Shown: positions 1 through 13,800 of the stretch, piece by piece | How the letters are laid out: every line of letters begins with the position of its first letter | How positions within the stretch are numbered: position 1 is the stretch's first letter | Source of the DNA: Bugula neritina | Taxonomy: Eukaryota; Animalia; Bryozoa | Length of the DNA: 64,000 bases | Assembly (NCBI GenBank): GCA_964035545.1 | Contig: OZ037770.1 | Span: 10,298,973 to 10,362,972 of the forward strand | Reading direction: 5' to 3' | The notes under the pieces: model-generated | What the model saw: the letters and a program-made list of their open reading frames with translations, nothing else | Databases searched by the model: none | Told to the model about the DNA's origin: nothing | Program-made: the position numbers and the translations under genes

Positions 1-1356
1 CATTAACTATTAAACTTTAAGTTTAAGGTTAGAGACTGGAAGTCAGAGTACTGAGTAGTCAAACTCAATGTACTATCACTACAAGTATAAGTATAACTAT
101 TAGTATTAATGATAATATTTATTATCATAATCATATTGATAATAATTAATATTAATTGATATTGCTATAGATTTGCCTAAACGAATGTTTCAAACGAAGC
201 TTTCAAAGTTCCAAAAATTAGAAATGCTTTTGCAGGAAGTGCCTCACTTTTTATATAATATATACGGGGCGATCTAACATCATTTCGATAAAAGGTTAGG
301 TTGCTGGCTTATATCCGGTTTAAATCGAAATCCTTCAATCAATTACTTACACCTGCAGTAGCGAGGTTACATTTACCTTATTTATTAGATTTATTGTGGA
401 GAGCTTTAGTAACTTAGTCAAGCTAGATCTACTAAAAAATGTTGAATTTTTACCCCTTAAGCCAGTGTTCAAGTTAGTTAGTTTCATTATTTATTTCAAA
501 AACAAAATTGAATAAAATTTGCAAATAAAATTATTATTCTTCCCTGCAGTTTCACGTTCACTTTGGTTCCATTAACTTCAAGATTATCAAATATGAATAT
601 CAATATGAAATTGAATATCAATATATTATTAGTGTTACCTGATAGGCATGGCAGATTCACATTGACTTTTATTTTTCAAGTATGACAATGACTATCACTT
701 ATCAGTATGAGTATCATTATCAATCAGTATCACTATCACTATGACCATGGTCTCTAAGTCTAAGTATCAATATGAATATTAGACTCGGCATGACTATGAG
801 TACTAATTGACTAATTTAGTAAATGTAATACTAATAGTATAAGTAATAGTATTACTCTGACTATCAGTATTGGTTTCACTATGACTGGCTATCAATATCA
901 CTATGCTTATGGTTACTATGACTATCAGTATTACTGTCATAGTCATACTGCTACTCATAGTGGGTAGCATTCTAAATATCATGTTTTAAATAAATAATAA
1001 TGTAGATGTAGATGAATGCTAGCTAATAGCTAATTATTAGCCTATTTAGACTATACTACTCACTGTGCCTATGAGTAAGGCAATATGAGTATCATACATG
1101 AGTATCATACATGAGTATCATACATGAGTCTCAACATAAGTCTTCATGTTTGTGTTGAATATAACTATAAATATAAGTCATGATTATCACATTCTATTTT
1201 GTTTTGTCATACATGAAGTTAATGATTAAATCATCATCATTAGTAATATGAATATTAGACTATAAGTGAAAGTATGAGTATGACTACAAGTGTAAGAGTG
1301 ATTGTGTCCCAGAAAATGTAATACTTAGTCTTATATTGCTAGGCTAGTTGATCTAA

Positions 1357-3072
1357 ATGGCGGAGGCCGCAGTGGAAAAAGTTGTGTGTGGGTTCTGTTT
1401 ACTTGAAGAAAATTTAGAGAATCCCAAGTGTCTACCATGTGGTCATGTACACTGTTTACTGTGTCTTACTCGTAATGTTGATGTGAATGACATGATCAGG
1501 TGTCCCTGGTGTAGGTAAGTTGGTTTTATATAGACAGAGCTGAGACATACTGTTGGTAAAGAGTTAATGATTTCACCTTATACCAAATTATTGCCTTCCC
1601 TTATATGTTGTTTCAAACATTACAAAATAATCATGTGTTCTGCACAGAGAAGTGTTTGATGTGAGAGTGGAAAGTCTTCCATCTGCTGATATAGAGGACA
1701 ACTCCGTATCATGTGACGTGTGCACTAAGAAAGGGATAGAGAAAGTACCAGCAGTTATATACTGCACTGTGTGTCGTAAACTCTTCTGCAGAAAACATGA
1801 TGAGGTATTTATTTGATAATACAACTATTAATTACTATTCAAGTTATGCACCATGCTTTTTGTAAGCCTATTACGTTTGTTTTTTCTTTGAGATATAGTT
1901 CATGTTAAATATGTCTTCTGTTATATTCAGTCACATGATGACACCAGTGATGACCACCAAAAGATGACCATCACTGACTACAGAATACAGGCCAAGAGAA
2001 TGGAGAAAAGAGTTTGTCCCAAACACACAGCATATCCCTACATTCTAGGATGTAAACTCTGCATTCAGCTGTTCTGTGTGCAGTGTGCATCTTCAACTAA
2101 CTTATGTGTTGGAGGTATGGGATTCTTGTGGTTTTATTTTATGCTGTAATTATTTGTTAACTTGTAGTTTGATTTATGTAACTTTTAGTTTTTTGGTAGT
2201 TGAAGATAATGCATTTGTTAACTTTATAATTGGACTTGAATCTTTTTAAATAAATGTCAAAATGTAGAAATTTTTCACAGAAATTAAATAGTAAAAACGA
2301 CTTGGCTGAGAAAATGCCATGACAGAGTTGGAAAAGTCATATTTGATTAATAGGTATTGATGTTAGAATATCTTGACCCTATTTTATTATTCTCTTTTTC
2401 ATGTAGCATGTTTTGTCATTATTTTACTCTAGTCGTCGTCTGTTAGCAGACTTAAATACTAAATTTTACACCAGTAACTTGATTTTATTGGCTATATTCT
2501 GTATATAGTAAATTTTCTTCCATTGGAGCTCAACCAGTATTTGTTCAAACTTGTGTAAACTCTAATCATTCGAAATTATTTTTTTACAATAAATCTGTAA
2601 TTTGAAAAATAACTGACTTGTGCAGATTGGAATCAATCTATATTGTATTACACAGATTCTGAGCATAAGCTGGTTAATTTGGATGACCTAATTAAAGACC
2701 TGATCAATATTGATGAATTGACTTCTGCAGAAGACAAGATGTCCGACCACTTCAAACAATTATCTCAAACTTTATCTGATTTTGATACTGAGACCAGCAA
2801 ATTGTTAAATATTCTTCATACACAGCGAGATGAACATGTAAGATAGTTATTTGTGTAATAAATTCAATATGATTAGGTTTTTAAAACATGCCTCAACTTG
2901 ATATTTTCTAAGCAGTCACTTCTTTGTTGAATGGTGACTTTTAGCATGTAGACATTCTATAGTGTCCTTATAAGTCACAATATTTTCTAGTCTGTTCTGA
3001 CCAACAGAACTTTTTTCACAGTCCTGAAAGTAATTAAGGGGATTTATATTATAAATATATATATATATATAT

Positions 3073-3122
<50 letters not shown>

Positions 3123-3139
3123 TATATACATATATATAC

Positions 3140-3171
<32 letters not shown>

Positions 3172-6100
3172 TATAAGCTGCCACTTCAGCATTGGTCAAT
3201 GACCAAAAGCACAAAAATGCTTTCAAATTCTTTTTTTCCGAAATTTATCATAAAGAAATGTTTTTTTTTATTTTTTTTCGGAATGCTAATTAATATGTGT
3301 GCTTATATCAAAATATTTATCTCCTAAAAGAACAGTTCCATAACATTGTTGGAATTTTATGTAGTAGTCAAACTTGAAATTTGTATTGACTTTGCTCTCT
3401 ATATTATGATCTAACTAAATCCCTACTAGGAGGAAACAACCCTTAATTGTAAATTGAGTACCAGGGGTATTGCAAAACCATTTTTTGTAATTGTAAGTTA
3501 TGTGCATCTTCTAACAAAAGGAAAACTTTGAGAGAAGTGGGTACAGCCAACTTTTCTTCTTCACTTCTTTAGCTGCACTGACTCATACCATAACGAAAAT
3601 AGGTAACAGTTAAAAAGCTATTGCCATAAAGCTTTCAAAAAAAAGCACCTGTCACACATGTTATCAAATGTATGCTTTAGTTGACTGAAGTGAGACTAAA
3701 GTATGAGAAACTGGAGAAGGAATTCTTAGCTAGTAGAAAGAAGACTAAAGAGGAACTGAACAGATACATGGAGAGAGAAGTTGAAACTGTTTTGTCTCAA
3801 CTGAGTAACAGTAGAATGAAGATAGAAGCTCAACTTAGACAAAACCATCAGGTGTGTGTAGAAGTTAAAATGTTATATCCTCAGCAAAGCTGAGTTATGT
3901 TTACTAGGTTCCTGTTTTGTGATGGTTTTATATAATTATTGTAACTATCGATGTTTTGTAGACCTATTCATTCGCTTAGAAAGCAAGCAATGATGTCACT
4001 GAGCATAAGTGTACCGTTCATTCAGGATTAGCAATTTTAGAATTTCAACCAGTTGTCAGTCTGCATCTATTCACTTTAAACCTGAATACCAATATGGTTT
4101 ACAAAAATTTGTTTAATTTTTTTTATTCTCAATAGTGCAAGGAACTTATATATTAGTGTACGTAATGTGATACTGTTTTTCATACAATGATATATATGTA
4201 CATAATACTGTGTGCGTTACAAATTTACCATCTTTCACTTCAGTCATGAATATATTCTGTTTCAGTTATAAAAAAAGTTACAAAGAAATGTGAAGTATGT
4301 CTTTGTTATTGTGTATCTGCTTAGCAACTGTTATATGTTATATTATATACAGCGTGTTGTACTAATTAGCAATATCCACTGCTAGTAATACGTTTGATGC
4401 AGAATATTATGAGCAGCCGTAGAGAGATATGAAGTAGGTCATGGTAATTGTGTATCTGTCTAACAACTGTTCATATTTGGTCACATGTTACAGGTGGATC
4501 TGGTTAGAGGATTTGCAGAGATTAAAGACAGAATACAGAGACTGATATCTGTTGAGATACCTAAACTAGAGCTGTGTGATGTCATGTCTCTAAAGGTCAA
4601 AGGTTAGTATACTAAACTAGAGCTGTGTGGTGTCGTATCTCTAAAGGTCAAAGGTTAGTATACTAAACTAGAGCTGTGTGATGTCATGTCTCTAGAGGTC
4701 AAAGGTTAGTATACTAAACTTTAGCTGTTTGATGTCACTTCTCTAAAGGTTAAAGTTAATAATTCTGCAATCAAGCTTGGTATGTGTAGTAAAATTCTCT
4801 AGCTGGTGAGCTGAATTTTTGACAAGATTTTCCTTAGTTTGCTGTTTCCTAATAGACCATGCATGGTAACCTCAGCCAATCAGGTTGTGTACCAACTCAA
4901 AAATCACCGGCTTTCCATGTACCGATCTCAGCGAGATAGATCCATGGAAAGACGGCAAAGATAGATCTCCTTCGATCTGAGCGGGTCGGTCTGTCGAGCT
5001 CGAACTCAGATCGATCTCATGTCAATAAGACCATGGAAAGACGCCAGATCGATCTGAGAAGTAGAAAAAGACTGCGAGCTACAATGTTGTCTGCTAATAA
5101 TAATGATAACTTATTGATAATTACTAAGCAAAGTATTAAATAATCATGATAACCGCTTTTTCAGATGCCAAAACTTTGACTTTCAGTACAATGATTAAGA
5201 AAACTCAATTATATGCAGTAGAACGTAAAAAAATGGGAAAATTCAAATTGAATTTAAATGACTATCAAAACTTAGTTTCATTAGCTGTTTTCTTTGTAAT
5301 TTTAAGCCTAACAGTCCTGTAAGTTTATTAATAATCTGCAAGACAGCCATTAATTTTATATAAGCTGTCAAGCTAAAAAATTAAAACTAATTATTTTAAA
5401 TTGGCCAAATTACCATACACTGAAAGCTTTGCTGCGTATAGTTTATAGCTGGGATTAAATTTTAGACTACTACCATCTTGTTTTCAACAGTAGTAGGTTT
5501 AATCACTCAAATAGGTGAACAAATTATACTTTTAAAGTATCCTTCACTTAAGAGGAGGCAACTTCGCGAGATATATCTGACACTCTTATGGAAAAACGAT
5601 CGATCTAAGCACATTTTTCAGATCGATCTCAGCGAGATCGATCTGAGATCGGTACATGGAAAGCCCGTGAATATCTCCACTATAACTTATATCAGGTTTT
5701 GAAAGCTCAAGTGCAAAATGCATGCTTTTAAAAAACAGCTCTCCAACTTTTATGCATTGTTGTATTCCATATCCAAGTGTATGAGTTTTGAGTTCATTTT
5801 GTAAACTATTAAAATTGATTGTTAAAAAGAAAAATTAAAAACTACATGTCTGCAAGAATACCCTGGTACAATTTCGCCACAACCTCAGCTGTTTCTGCAT
5901 AACATACTTTATGGCTCTTATATTGACATGGTGGTAAATTACTTGGTTTTATAGCGGCTGGGTAAAATTCAAACACTGAAATTTGAACACAAGTCTGATT
6001 GCCGAGTTTTACATGACCAGTTGATACTTGTATTTTGATTGGCCTAATATTTCACACTGTAGTTTATCTGAGATGACACTTCCCGCTTTAGGGATGCTAT

Positions 6101-8701
6101 TATAGGCATTCGTATTGTGAAATCTGTTTATTGAAAGAAATATATTAGCTTACGTCACTATGCCAACTTTCTTACAAAAATTGTAATAAAATATGCAGCT
6201 ACAACTTAGGCGACTTCATGGTAGACACTGCTTGGAACTTTAAATCAACCACTGCTGTCACTTGTTAGTATGGTAAATCAATAGCGAGAGCGTAACACTG
6301 TAATGTTAGTGCTACCCTATATTCATCAGTTCTATTGTAGAATAGTATGTTAGGAACGTATAGGACATAAGAACATTAGTCTAGGGCAGTGGTTCACAAC
6401 CTGGGGGGAATTTATACGTTTAAAGGGGGAATTTCGACTGAAAAATTCACACAATTTGTTGAAGACTTTTTGAGCTCTTGCAAGTTACATGTGTAAGTTT
6501 TCACCTTAGTTCATCAATATAATCAAACCATATTCTGCAATCTCAGTTTACTTCTAAATGAATGTGTTTATTAATCGCTCTACCCTAACTTCTCTCTGTG
6601 CTACTTCGAAGGGAGGTCAAAAAATCTGCCAAAACCAACAGGCCAACTTTCAGCAGCCACGCAAGTCAATCTCTATGAACTGTATACTACTTACTTAGTG
6701 AATATATATATATATATATGATACACTAAATAATCTGAACCTAAGAATGCAGGAGTGCAATCATTGCATATTATTGCATTTCATAGCAGCATCAATGTAT
6801 TTAAAGTTGTACTAAAGTGGTGGCATCTATCACAAAAATGCTGTCGTTCCCCGGAATCGGATGAACTTTTATAGGAAAAGAACCTGTTCTAATTTTAGGT
6901 AAAATTTCACACTAGTGTTAAATTTTCAAACTGCTGTGTGTTTTATAACATAATAACAAGATAATATAACTGTATTATGATAATTACATTATATGCAAAT
7001 ATAATAGAACAATATATATTGCATTGTATCATATATAATCATTATGTCAGTCGTAAGTTTTTTTTGAAAGAGGGAAACTAATAGTCAACATTTGTGAAAG
7101 GGGGAAATAGTGTGAAAAAGGTTGGGAACCACTAGCCTAGGGTCTGTTTGTATGTAGAGCAGTAGCACAGTCACAGCACATTCACACTACCTGCTCTATC
7201 TTGTCTATCAAACACATGAGTTGCAGTGATAATAATCATTTTGTGATTATGATTATTGACTAAAGAAAAAATGGAAATGCTAAAAGTTTGTTTGTGGAAG
7301 CAATGGATAGATGATAGATAGTTTAGTAAGAGGTGTACGATATGCTGTATTACAATAGTAGCGACATAGGCCATATGCGTGTGTGTGTGTATATGTGTGT
7401 ATGTAATATGAACAATAGTTCCAACAGTGTCGCCCGCTGACTTTCTCTTAACTTGCTTAGTATTACATTTTACATTGTAGAAGAGAGGAGAGAAATAGAA
7501 GCAGAACTGGTTCCTGCAGCAGACATGATTATTAGCTTAGATCAAGGAGTGACAACTCCTACTCTTCCTAAATCTCTCAAACTCATACAGTCTGTTGATG
7601 TTTCTGATAGCTGTTTGTCTGTCTGTAAAAATGAGGATAACACTTATGTAGGACTAGGTAATGGTGCAGGAATAGACAGAATAAATGAGCGTTTCAGTGT
7701 TTCCAAGTCTTTTGGTACTGTTGCTAAAAATGTAACTGGGATAGCAGTTTACACCAACCAGTTGTATGCTTTAGTTTGTGTCTGTGATAATGATGATGTG
7801 TATGTCAGTGATCCTCATTGGGAGGTACATGTGTATGATCTTACTGGGAAACAGGTGACCAGCTGGTCTCACCATGATAATAGTGTATTTGGTATAAACA
7901 AACTTGCTTTTGTTGATGACCAGGTTGTAGTTCCTGATAGACACAGTAAAAGACTTACAATCTACTCTCTTACTGGGGAGGTAATTAAACATGTCTCCTG
8001 CCCTCTACTCAGTGATAGTTATACAGCAATATGTGCAACAGACATACATTGTGTAGTAGTTTCTGACTCTGGTTCCTCTCAAGTATTTAAATTAGACTTG
8101 ACAACAGAGAAAGTCATCTGGACATGCAAGGATGTATCTCAACCAGAAGGTGTGACCTGCTATAGAAGTAAATATATTCTTGTGACTAACTGCATCAGTC
8201 AAACTACCGTCTGGATACTGGATGTGAAGACAGGTTAGTGATTTCCGCTTTTTAATGCGTGCATGAAAAGCATATGTATATTTGACATGTAAAATTTGTT
8301 CCATATATAAACTACATGTTCCTGTATGATTATACTGAATATTGTATACACCAAACACAATCAGTGGGTTAGTGTGTTGGTAAAGCCATTTGATGACAAT
8401 ATTCACAGCTCTACTGTATTTTTATGGCGATCATATCCTCGTGTCATGGCATTGATTTCTCAGTATTACAGGCATATTGATTATAACTTTGTTAGCACAT
8501 AACAAAATATACTAATACAACACTAAACAGTAAGATTTATTGAAGCAGTGAATTTGATATACTGTAGGTACACAGTTATCTATGCTCAAAGATCCAACTG
8601 TTAGGAGTATTAGTAATGTACTTGATCTCCATGTGTATAAAGACATGCTGATTGTACCCAGAAATTTGGAGAAGAAAGTTCTATTTTACCAGCTCAATTA
8701 A
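1357..8701 (+). CDS. TRIM-type E3 ligase (RING-Bbox-Bbox-coiled coil-NHL-like propeller), array copy 1, ~615 aa
   Basis: Exons 1357-1514, 1648-1804, 1931-2114, 2656-2837, 3681-3851, 4494-4602, 7481-8233, 8568-8701, all GT-AG, sum 1848 nt in frame. RING CGFC..CGHVHCLLC..CPWC; B-box1 CDVC..CTVC..CRKH; B-box2 CPKH..CKLC..CVQC; helical exons 4-6; beta-strand repeats (VHVYDLTGKQV, LTIYSLTGEVI, VFKLDLTTEKV) in exons 7-8. Confidence 0.88.
3055..3171. repeat. (TA)n microsatellite with TACA interruptions
   Basis: Direct reading. Confidence 0.95.
4561..4760 (+). repeat. 51-bp tandem repeat of exon-6 3' end and splice donor, 4 units (copy 1)
   Basis: Unit CTAAACTAGAGCTGTGTGATGTCATGTCTCTAAAGGTCAAAGGTTAGTATA; last unit degenerate. 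Confidence 0.92.
4905..5669. mobile_element. MITE with CACCGGCTTTCCATGTACCGATCTCAG TIRs, intron 6 of copy 1
   Basis: TIRs at both ends, multiple internal GAGATCGATCT palindromes, AAT on both flanks; second family member at 31626-32402. Confidence 0.85.
6387..7134. mobile_element. hAT-type MITE in intron 6 of copy 1
   Basis: CAGTGGTTCACAACCT ... AGGTTGGGAACCACTA TIRs; 8-bp TSD GTCTAGGG / GCCTAGGG. Confidence 0.8.
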
Positions 8702-10850
8702 ATAGGTATTATGCATATAGTTACAGTGTGTATAGCATATAGTTACAGTGTGTATAGCATATAATGTAGCCTCGGGTATTTTATAAGAGGTAAATTTCCG
8801 AACCCTGAAACTTTTTATTTGATATAAATATAGCTTATCAGTCTGTTTTGCATGAAATAAATAAAACTATTTACCTGGTGTGTATCTGTATTTTATCTTG
8901 ATGTATTTTGTTCTCATGGTAATACAGTGAAATGACTCATCCATGTAATGCTGACTAAAAACTGTATACACAAGTTCAACTTTGCTTCTGGTGTACTCCA
9001 TATGCACTCCTTGTTTTGCATGTTGTCAGCTGGCACATCTAACGGTTGTTACTACTTAACACTACACAATATTAACATTCGTGTAAAATATAACTTGACT
9101 TGCATAGATTTGAATAATCAATATATTAAATGATTACAGAAATATGATGGAGAAAAGAACAAAGCAGTTTCTGCAGCAGATACATCTACTAGTTTATATT
9201 AGAGAGTGACAAGTGAGAAGATATTCAGGTACAAGACTAAATGATGAGAACTTCACTGGAGCAGCTGATTGGTCCGTTCATCTGACCTAGTAACATTATC
9301 TGACTATATACATTACTATGAAATATGACCTAGTAACAGTCTTACCCAGTTCCATGTTATTCAATCATTTACTGCTGTAGTAATTATTGCTTTCTAATTG
9401 TATTATTCATCATATTATTATTCATACATTTGCTGTGTTAGTTACAATAGTATTTACTCATCTGTTGTTACATAAACTATTAGATATTATCTATCATATA
9501 AATAACATAATATATAATATGACACTTCATGAATTACTTCTATATTAATTTCATTTTCTATCCTCCAGAGTTGAACCCCTGCATATCAATTACTTGCAAT
9601 ATCACAGAAAGTTTCTATACTATATACTCTTTGAAATTATAGAATATTAATATATTATAAATCTGCTCTCCTTCATTGTGTAACAAAATTCTATCAGAAT
9701 CTGGTAGTTTGTAATATCAGCACTAGAGAAACTCAGTATATGTGATATGTTAGTAATAATCAAATGCTTAGACTCCATGTTTTATAGAATATTAGCAGAA
9801 TCTGACACGCTGTCACTTTGTGATTTACGTCATCACTAGGTACATTTCTAATATTTAATATGCTGTATTTAAAATCGTACTCTATGCTATGGTTTTATAT
9901 TACTATGTGTTATGTACATTATTCAGTCTATGCGTTTGTGGAATAATAAATATTCTATGCTCTCATAAATACCTGGTGTTTTCACATTATATTTATTTGT
10001 TACTCGATGACTTTTCATTTGTTAGAATAAGCTAAATTTATTTTGAAACTTGAAACAGTACTGTTTGAATAATTTAGTCAACATTTGAGACTTTGTTAGC
10101 AGAAGCTATAAACTGAGCTGCAGTTGTACTAAGATGGTATAACAGTGTGTTTTGGTGATTTGGTTATGCTGTAACTTTCTCATTAATAACCAAGAGTAAA
10201 AATTACAACTCTAACGCATCATTTACCTGTATTTCATAGGTAGCGTACATGCCTTCTGCTTTTCTTAGCCTTAGTCAACCAGTCAGTTGAGTCTCATAGT
10301 TATACAATACTTATATAGTGATGATCTACAGGCACGCTATAATATTATATAAGAAGGCTGGTCTAATACTATTTTATTATTTCTTTGTCCAGTACATGGT
10401 AACTGTGCTGGATAATTATATGACCCTTGAATTTCTGAAAGAAGATTTGCTGATCCATTGTATTTCAACAAGTAATAATTCCACTCCGTTTTTAAGTGTT
10501 CTGCAATGTTGAAGTACTGTATTGACGCAATTTATTATATCATTCCGGCATCAATAAATTTAGTTATCTCACCTGCTCAAAGATAAACCTTTATTAGTGA
10601 TATTTGGCACTTTGATCAACAGTTAAGTTTATCATTTATAACAGCTACTCATATGTAGGCAAGGCCAAGAGTTTAAAATATTCTGGTAAACACCTTTTTT
10701 ATAAGGTGCTTATCAACTACTTAACCAGTCCTGTTACTGATATGTGAATGGTATATGTAGTTTCATTTTATTCACACATGCATTTCAGTGCTGGTTCATG
10801 ATAATACACATAATATAATTCATATTAATTGTTGTACTCTTTAGAATAAC

Positions 10851-13800
10851 ATGGCTGCAGCAGAAGAAGTTGTGTGTGGATTCTGTTTACTTGAAGAAGG
10901 TTTAGAGAATCCCAAGTGTCTACCATGTGGTCATGTACACTGTTTACTGTGTCTTACTCGTAATGTTGGTGTGAATGACATGATCAGGTGTCCCTGGTGT
11001 AGGTAAGTTAGTTTTGTATAGACAGAGCTGAGACATGCTGCTGCTAAAAAGATAATGATTTCACCTCATACTGAATTATTGCCTAACATTACATATAATT
11101 TCAATTATTACTGAATAATTATGTATCTTGTCACAGAGAAGTGTTTGATGTGAGAGTGGAGAATCTTCCATCTGCTGATGTAGAGGACAACTCCGTATCA
11201 TGTGACGTCTGCACTAAGAAAGGGATAGAGAAAGTACCAGCAGTAACCTACTGTGCTGTGTGTCGTAAACTATTTTGTAGAAAACATGAGGAGGTAATTC
11301 TCTCACATAACTTTTTTTAAATCAGTTTATGACTGTTGCTGTGTTCATTTTGCTGTTGCTAAGCTTTTCAATGTAAATAATTAGCTATAAATTTACTTTA
11401 GTTTAGAGTGCTTTTATTTTATTTATGACACCCTTCACAATGTGACAATTTTTTTAAATACATATTCTGTTATATTCAGTCACATGATGACACCAATGAT
11501 GACCACCAGAAGATGACCATCTCTGACTACAGAATACAAGCTAAGAGACTGGAGAAAAGAGTTTGTCCCAAACACACAGCATACCCCTACATACACGGAT
11601 GTAGAGTCTGTGTACAGCTGTTCTGTGTGCAGTGTGTATCTCAGACTAACTTGTGTATTGGAGGTAACTCTACTGTTCTCATATCCTTTCATATCAATAC
11701 TTTAGAGCTTTTTACTTGTGTTGTAGTATGTTTGAGTATTTAGTCTTAGTAGGCCACATTGTCTATCAACACTGTCTATTCATTCTTATTTCGGAAGCTT
11801 GAATACTGTTATTGTGTATTCATCACATAAAAGAAGGTAGAAATCAATACAGAAGTGATGCTTCAAACAAGTTGTGGGTTCATTAGTTCTGGTATTCTGG
11901 CTCCAATATTATTGTTACAGTAAAATCAAGAATATCCCATTAAACTCAAGATTTTAGAGTCTTCTTAGCTGAGTCTATTTAATTGCATATGTGTGCAGTT
12001 TTATGATTTGTTTCATTACTCGATATCCTTTCTGGCAAGCCAATCAATGAAGCGTATTGGAAATCTTGTGGCAGCAGTAGCCAATGAAATTTGAGCCATT
12101 CTTATGCGAAGGAATTTATTCACTCCTATAAAATTCAAATTGTGGCAGTGTTAGTTGGAGTTCATAAATCTCAAGAGTTCAAATAGGGTTCAATCAGGAA
12201 AGACTCGGTCTCATTACTCATAATATCTAAGTTAATCCACAACCTAAATACATGTTTAAATAGTGCTGGGTGGCATGGGAGTTTGTTAGGTAATTGAAGT
12301 ATATAATGTCAAGGAAAGGCAATTTTATTAAAATATTAATAGTGCTGTTGTGCTCCTGTGCCCTGTTTGAATTAGTCGTTAGCCAGATTTAAGAAAAAAC
12401 CTTCTATCAGGGGCTCTCCCACAGAGATGGCGACTATAAACTTTTAATAATGGTGATATTGTCATTGTTATTCAGGCAAATATTAGTATACAATTATTAA
12501 TGGTGATATTGTGCTCCTGTGACCCATTTGAATAAGTCCTTAGCCTGATTGAAGAACAAACTCTTTCCATCAGGGGTTTTCTCACAGGGATGACGACTAT
12601 ATATTTCTAAGAATTTTATTAATTGTGATATTGTCATTGTTATTCAAGCAAATATTAGTGTACATATGATTACATCACTGTGATGTAGATTCAGAGCACA
12701 AGATGGTTAGTCTAGATGAACTTATCACACAGTTGACAAACATAGAAGAACTGATAACTACTGAAGATAAGACATCTCATCTCTTCAAACAGATATCTAA
12801 GGCTATATCTGACTTTGATACTGAGACTGAAGACTTGCTGAGTATTCTTTATACACAGAGAGATGAACAGGTGAGATTCTGAAGAACACAGGCTACTCTC
12901 ATGTGTTTTCATAGTTCTGTAAGATATTATTGGTTGGTAAATGTCTAAGAAATTGTGATTAGTTTGTTTTACTGTAATTCTCATAGTATACAGCCAGACA
13001 AAGTGAAAGGGCCTAACTGATTGTTGTAAGTCTAGGAAGTGCTAAGCAATAATCCAGCTAAGGGATCTGAATTTATTTTAATTTGTATTTGTTTTCCCAT
13101 TTCAAAATTAGAGTGGGGATGTTGATTTTGTACCACAACTTTTTTATAGGCTTGAGGCTGTTTTCATTTATTGTAATTGAGCAATTAATATTTATAAGCT
13201 TTTGCTTCAAGTTCAATTTACATTTGCTCAGATAGTTTTAATTCTTCTATAAGGTACATGAAATAAATCTGACAGACTTGTGTCATGCCTTTGGTTTTTT
13301 CTTTAATCAACTTCTCCAACCGCCTAATTGAATTTTGAACGATTTTTGGTAATCAAGTTTTCAATCAGCCTATTAAGATTTTAAACACTTATAACAAGGG
13401 TACCTAGAATTAAAGCTATCAGTTTTTCCTATTTGTTTGTACCACTAAAAATGTGCGAATACCCATCAATGGTTTAAAAAGGCTTTTTATTTATTGGCTG
13501 GTAAGAAAAGCTGCATATCACTATAAACTGAGTCATTGTTTGATTTGACTAAAAGTGTATTTTCTGCGTCTTGATTTTATTTTGCCAGGAATAGTGTTGA
13601 CTTTTCTGGCTTGCAGTGACTTCAACTTTGGAAAGTTTCACCATAGGTTTTACGTATAAGTTATGTTTTAGTTGACTGAAGTGAGACTGAAGTATGAGAA
13701 ACTGGAGAAGGAATTCTTAGCTAGTAGAAAGAAGACTAAAGAGGAACTGAACAGATACATGGAGAGAGAAGTTGGAACTGTTTTGTCTCAACTGAGTAAC

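Noticed and set aside
1-460. Right end of a TTAA-flanked DNA element
   Set aside because: Only a ...TTTTACCCCTTAA terminus is suggestive; the partner end lies outside the window.
2916-3226. YI-repeat ORFs
   Set aside because: Translations of a (TA)n microsatellite.
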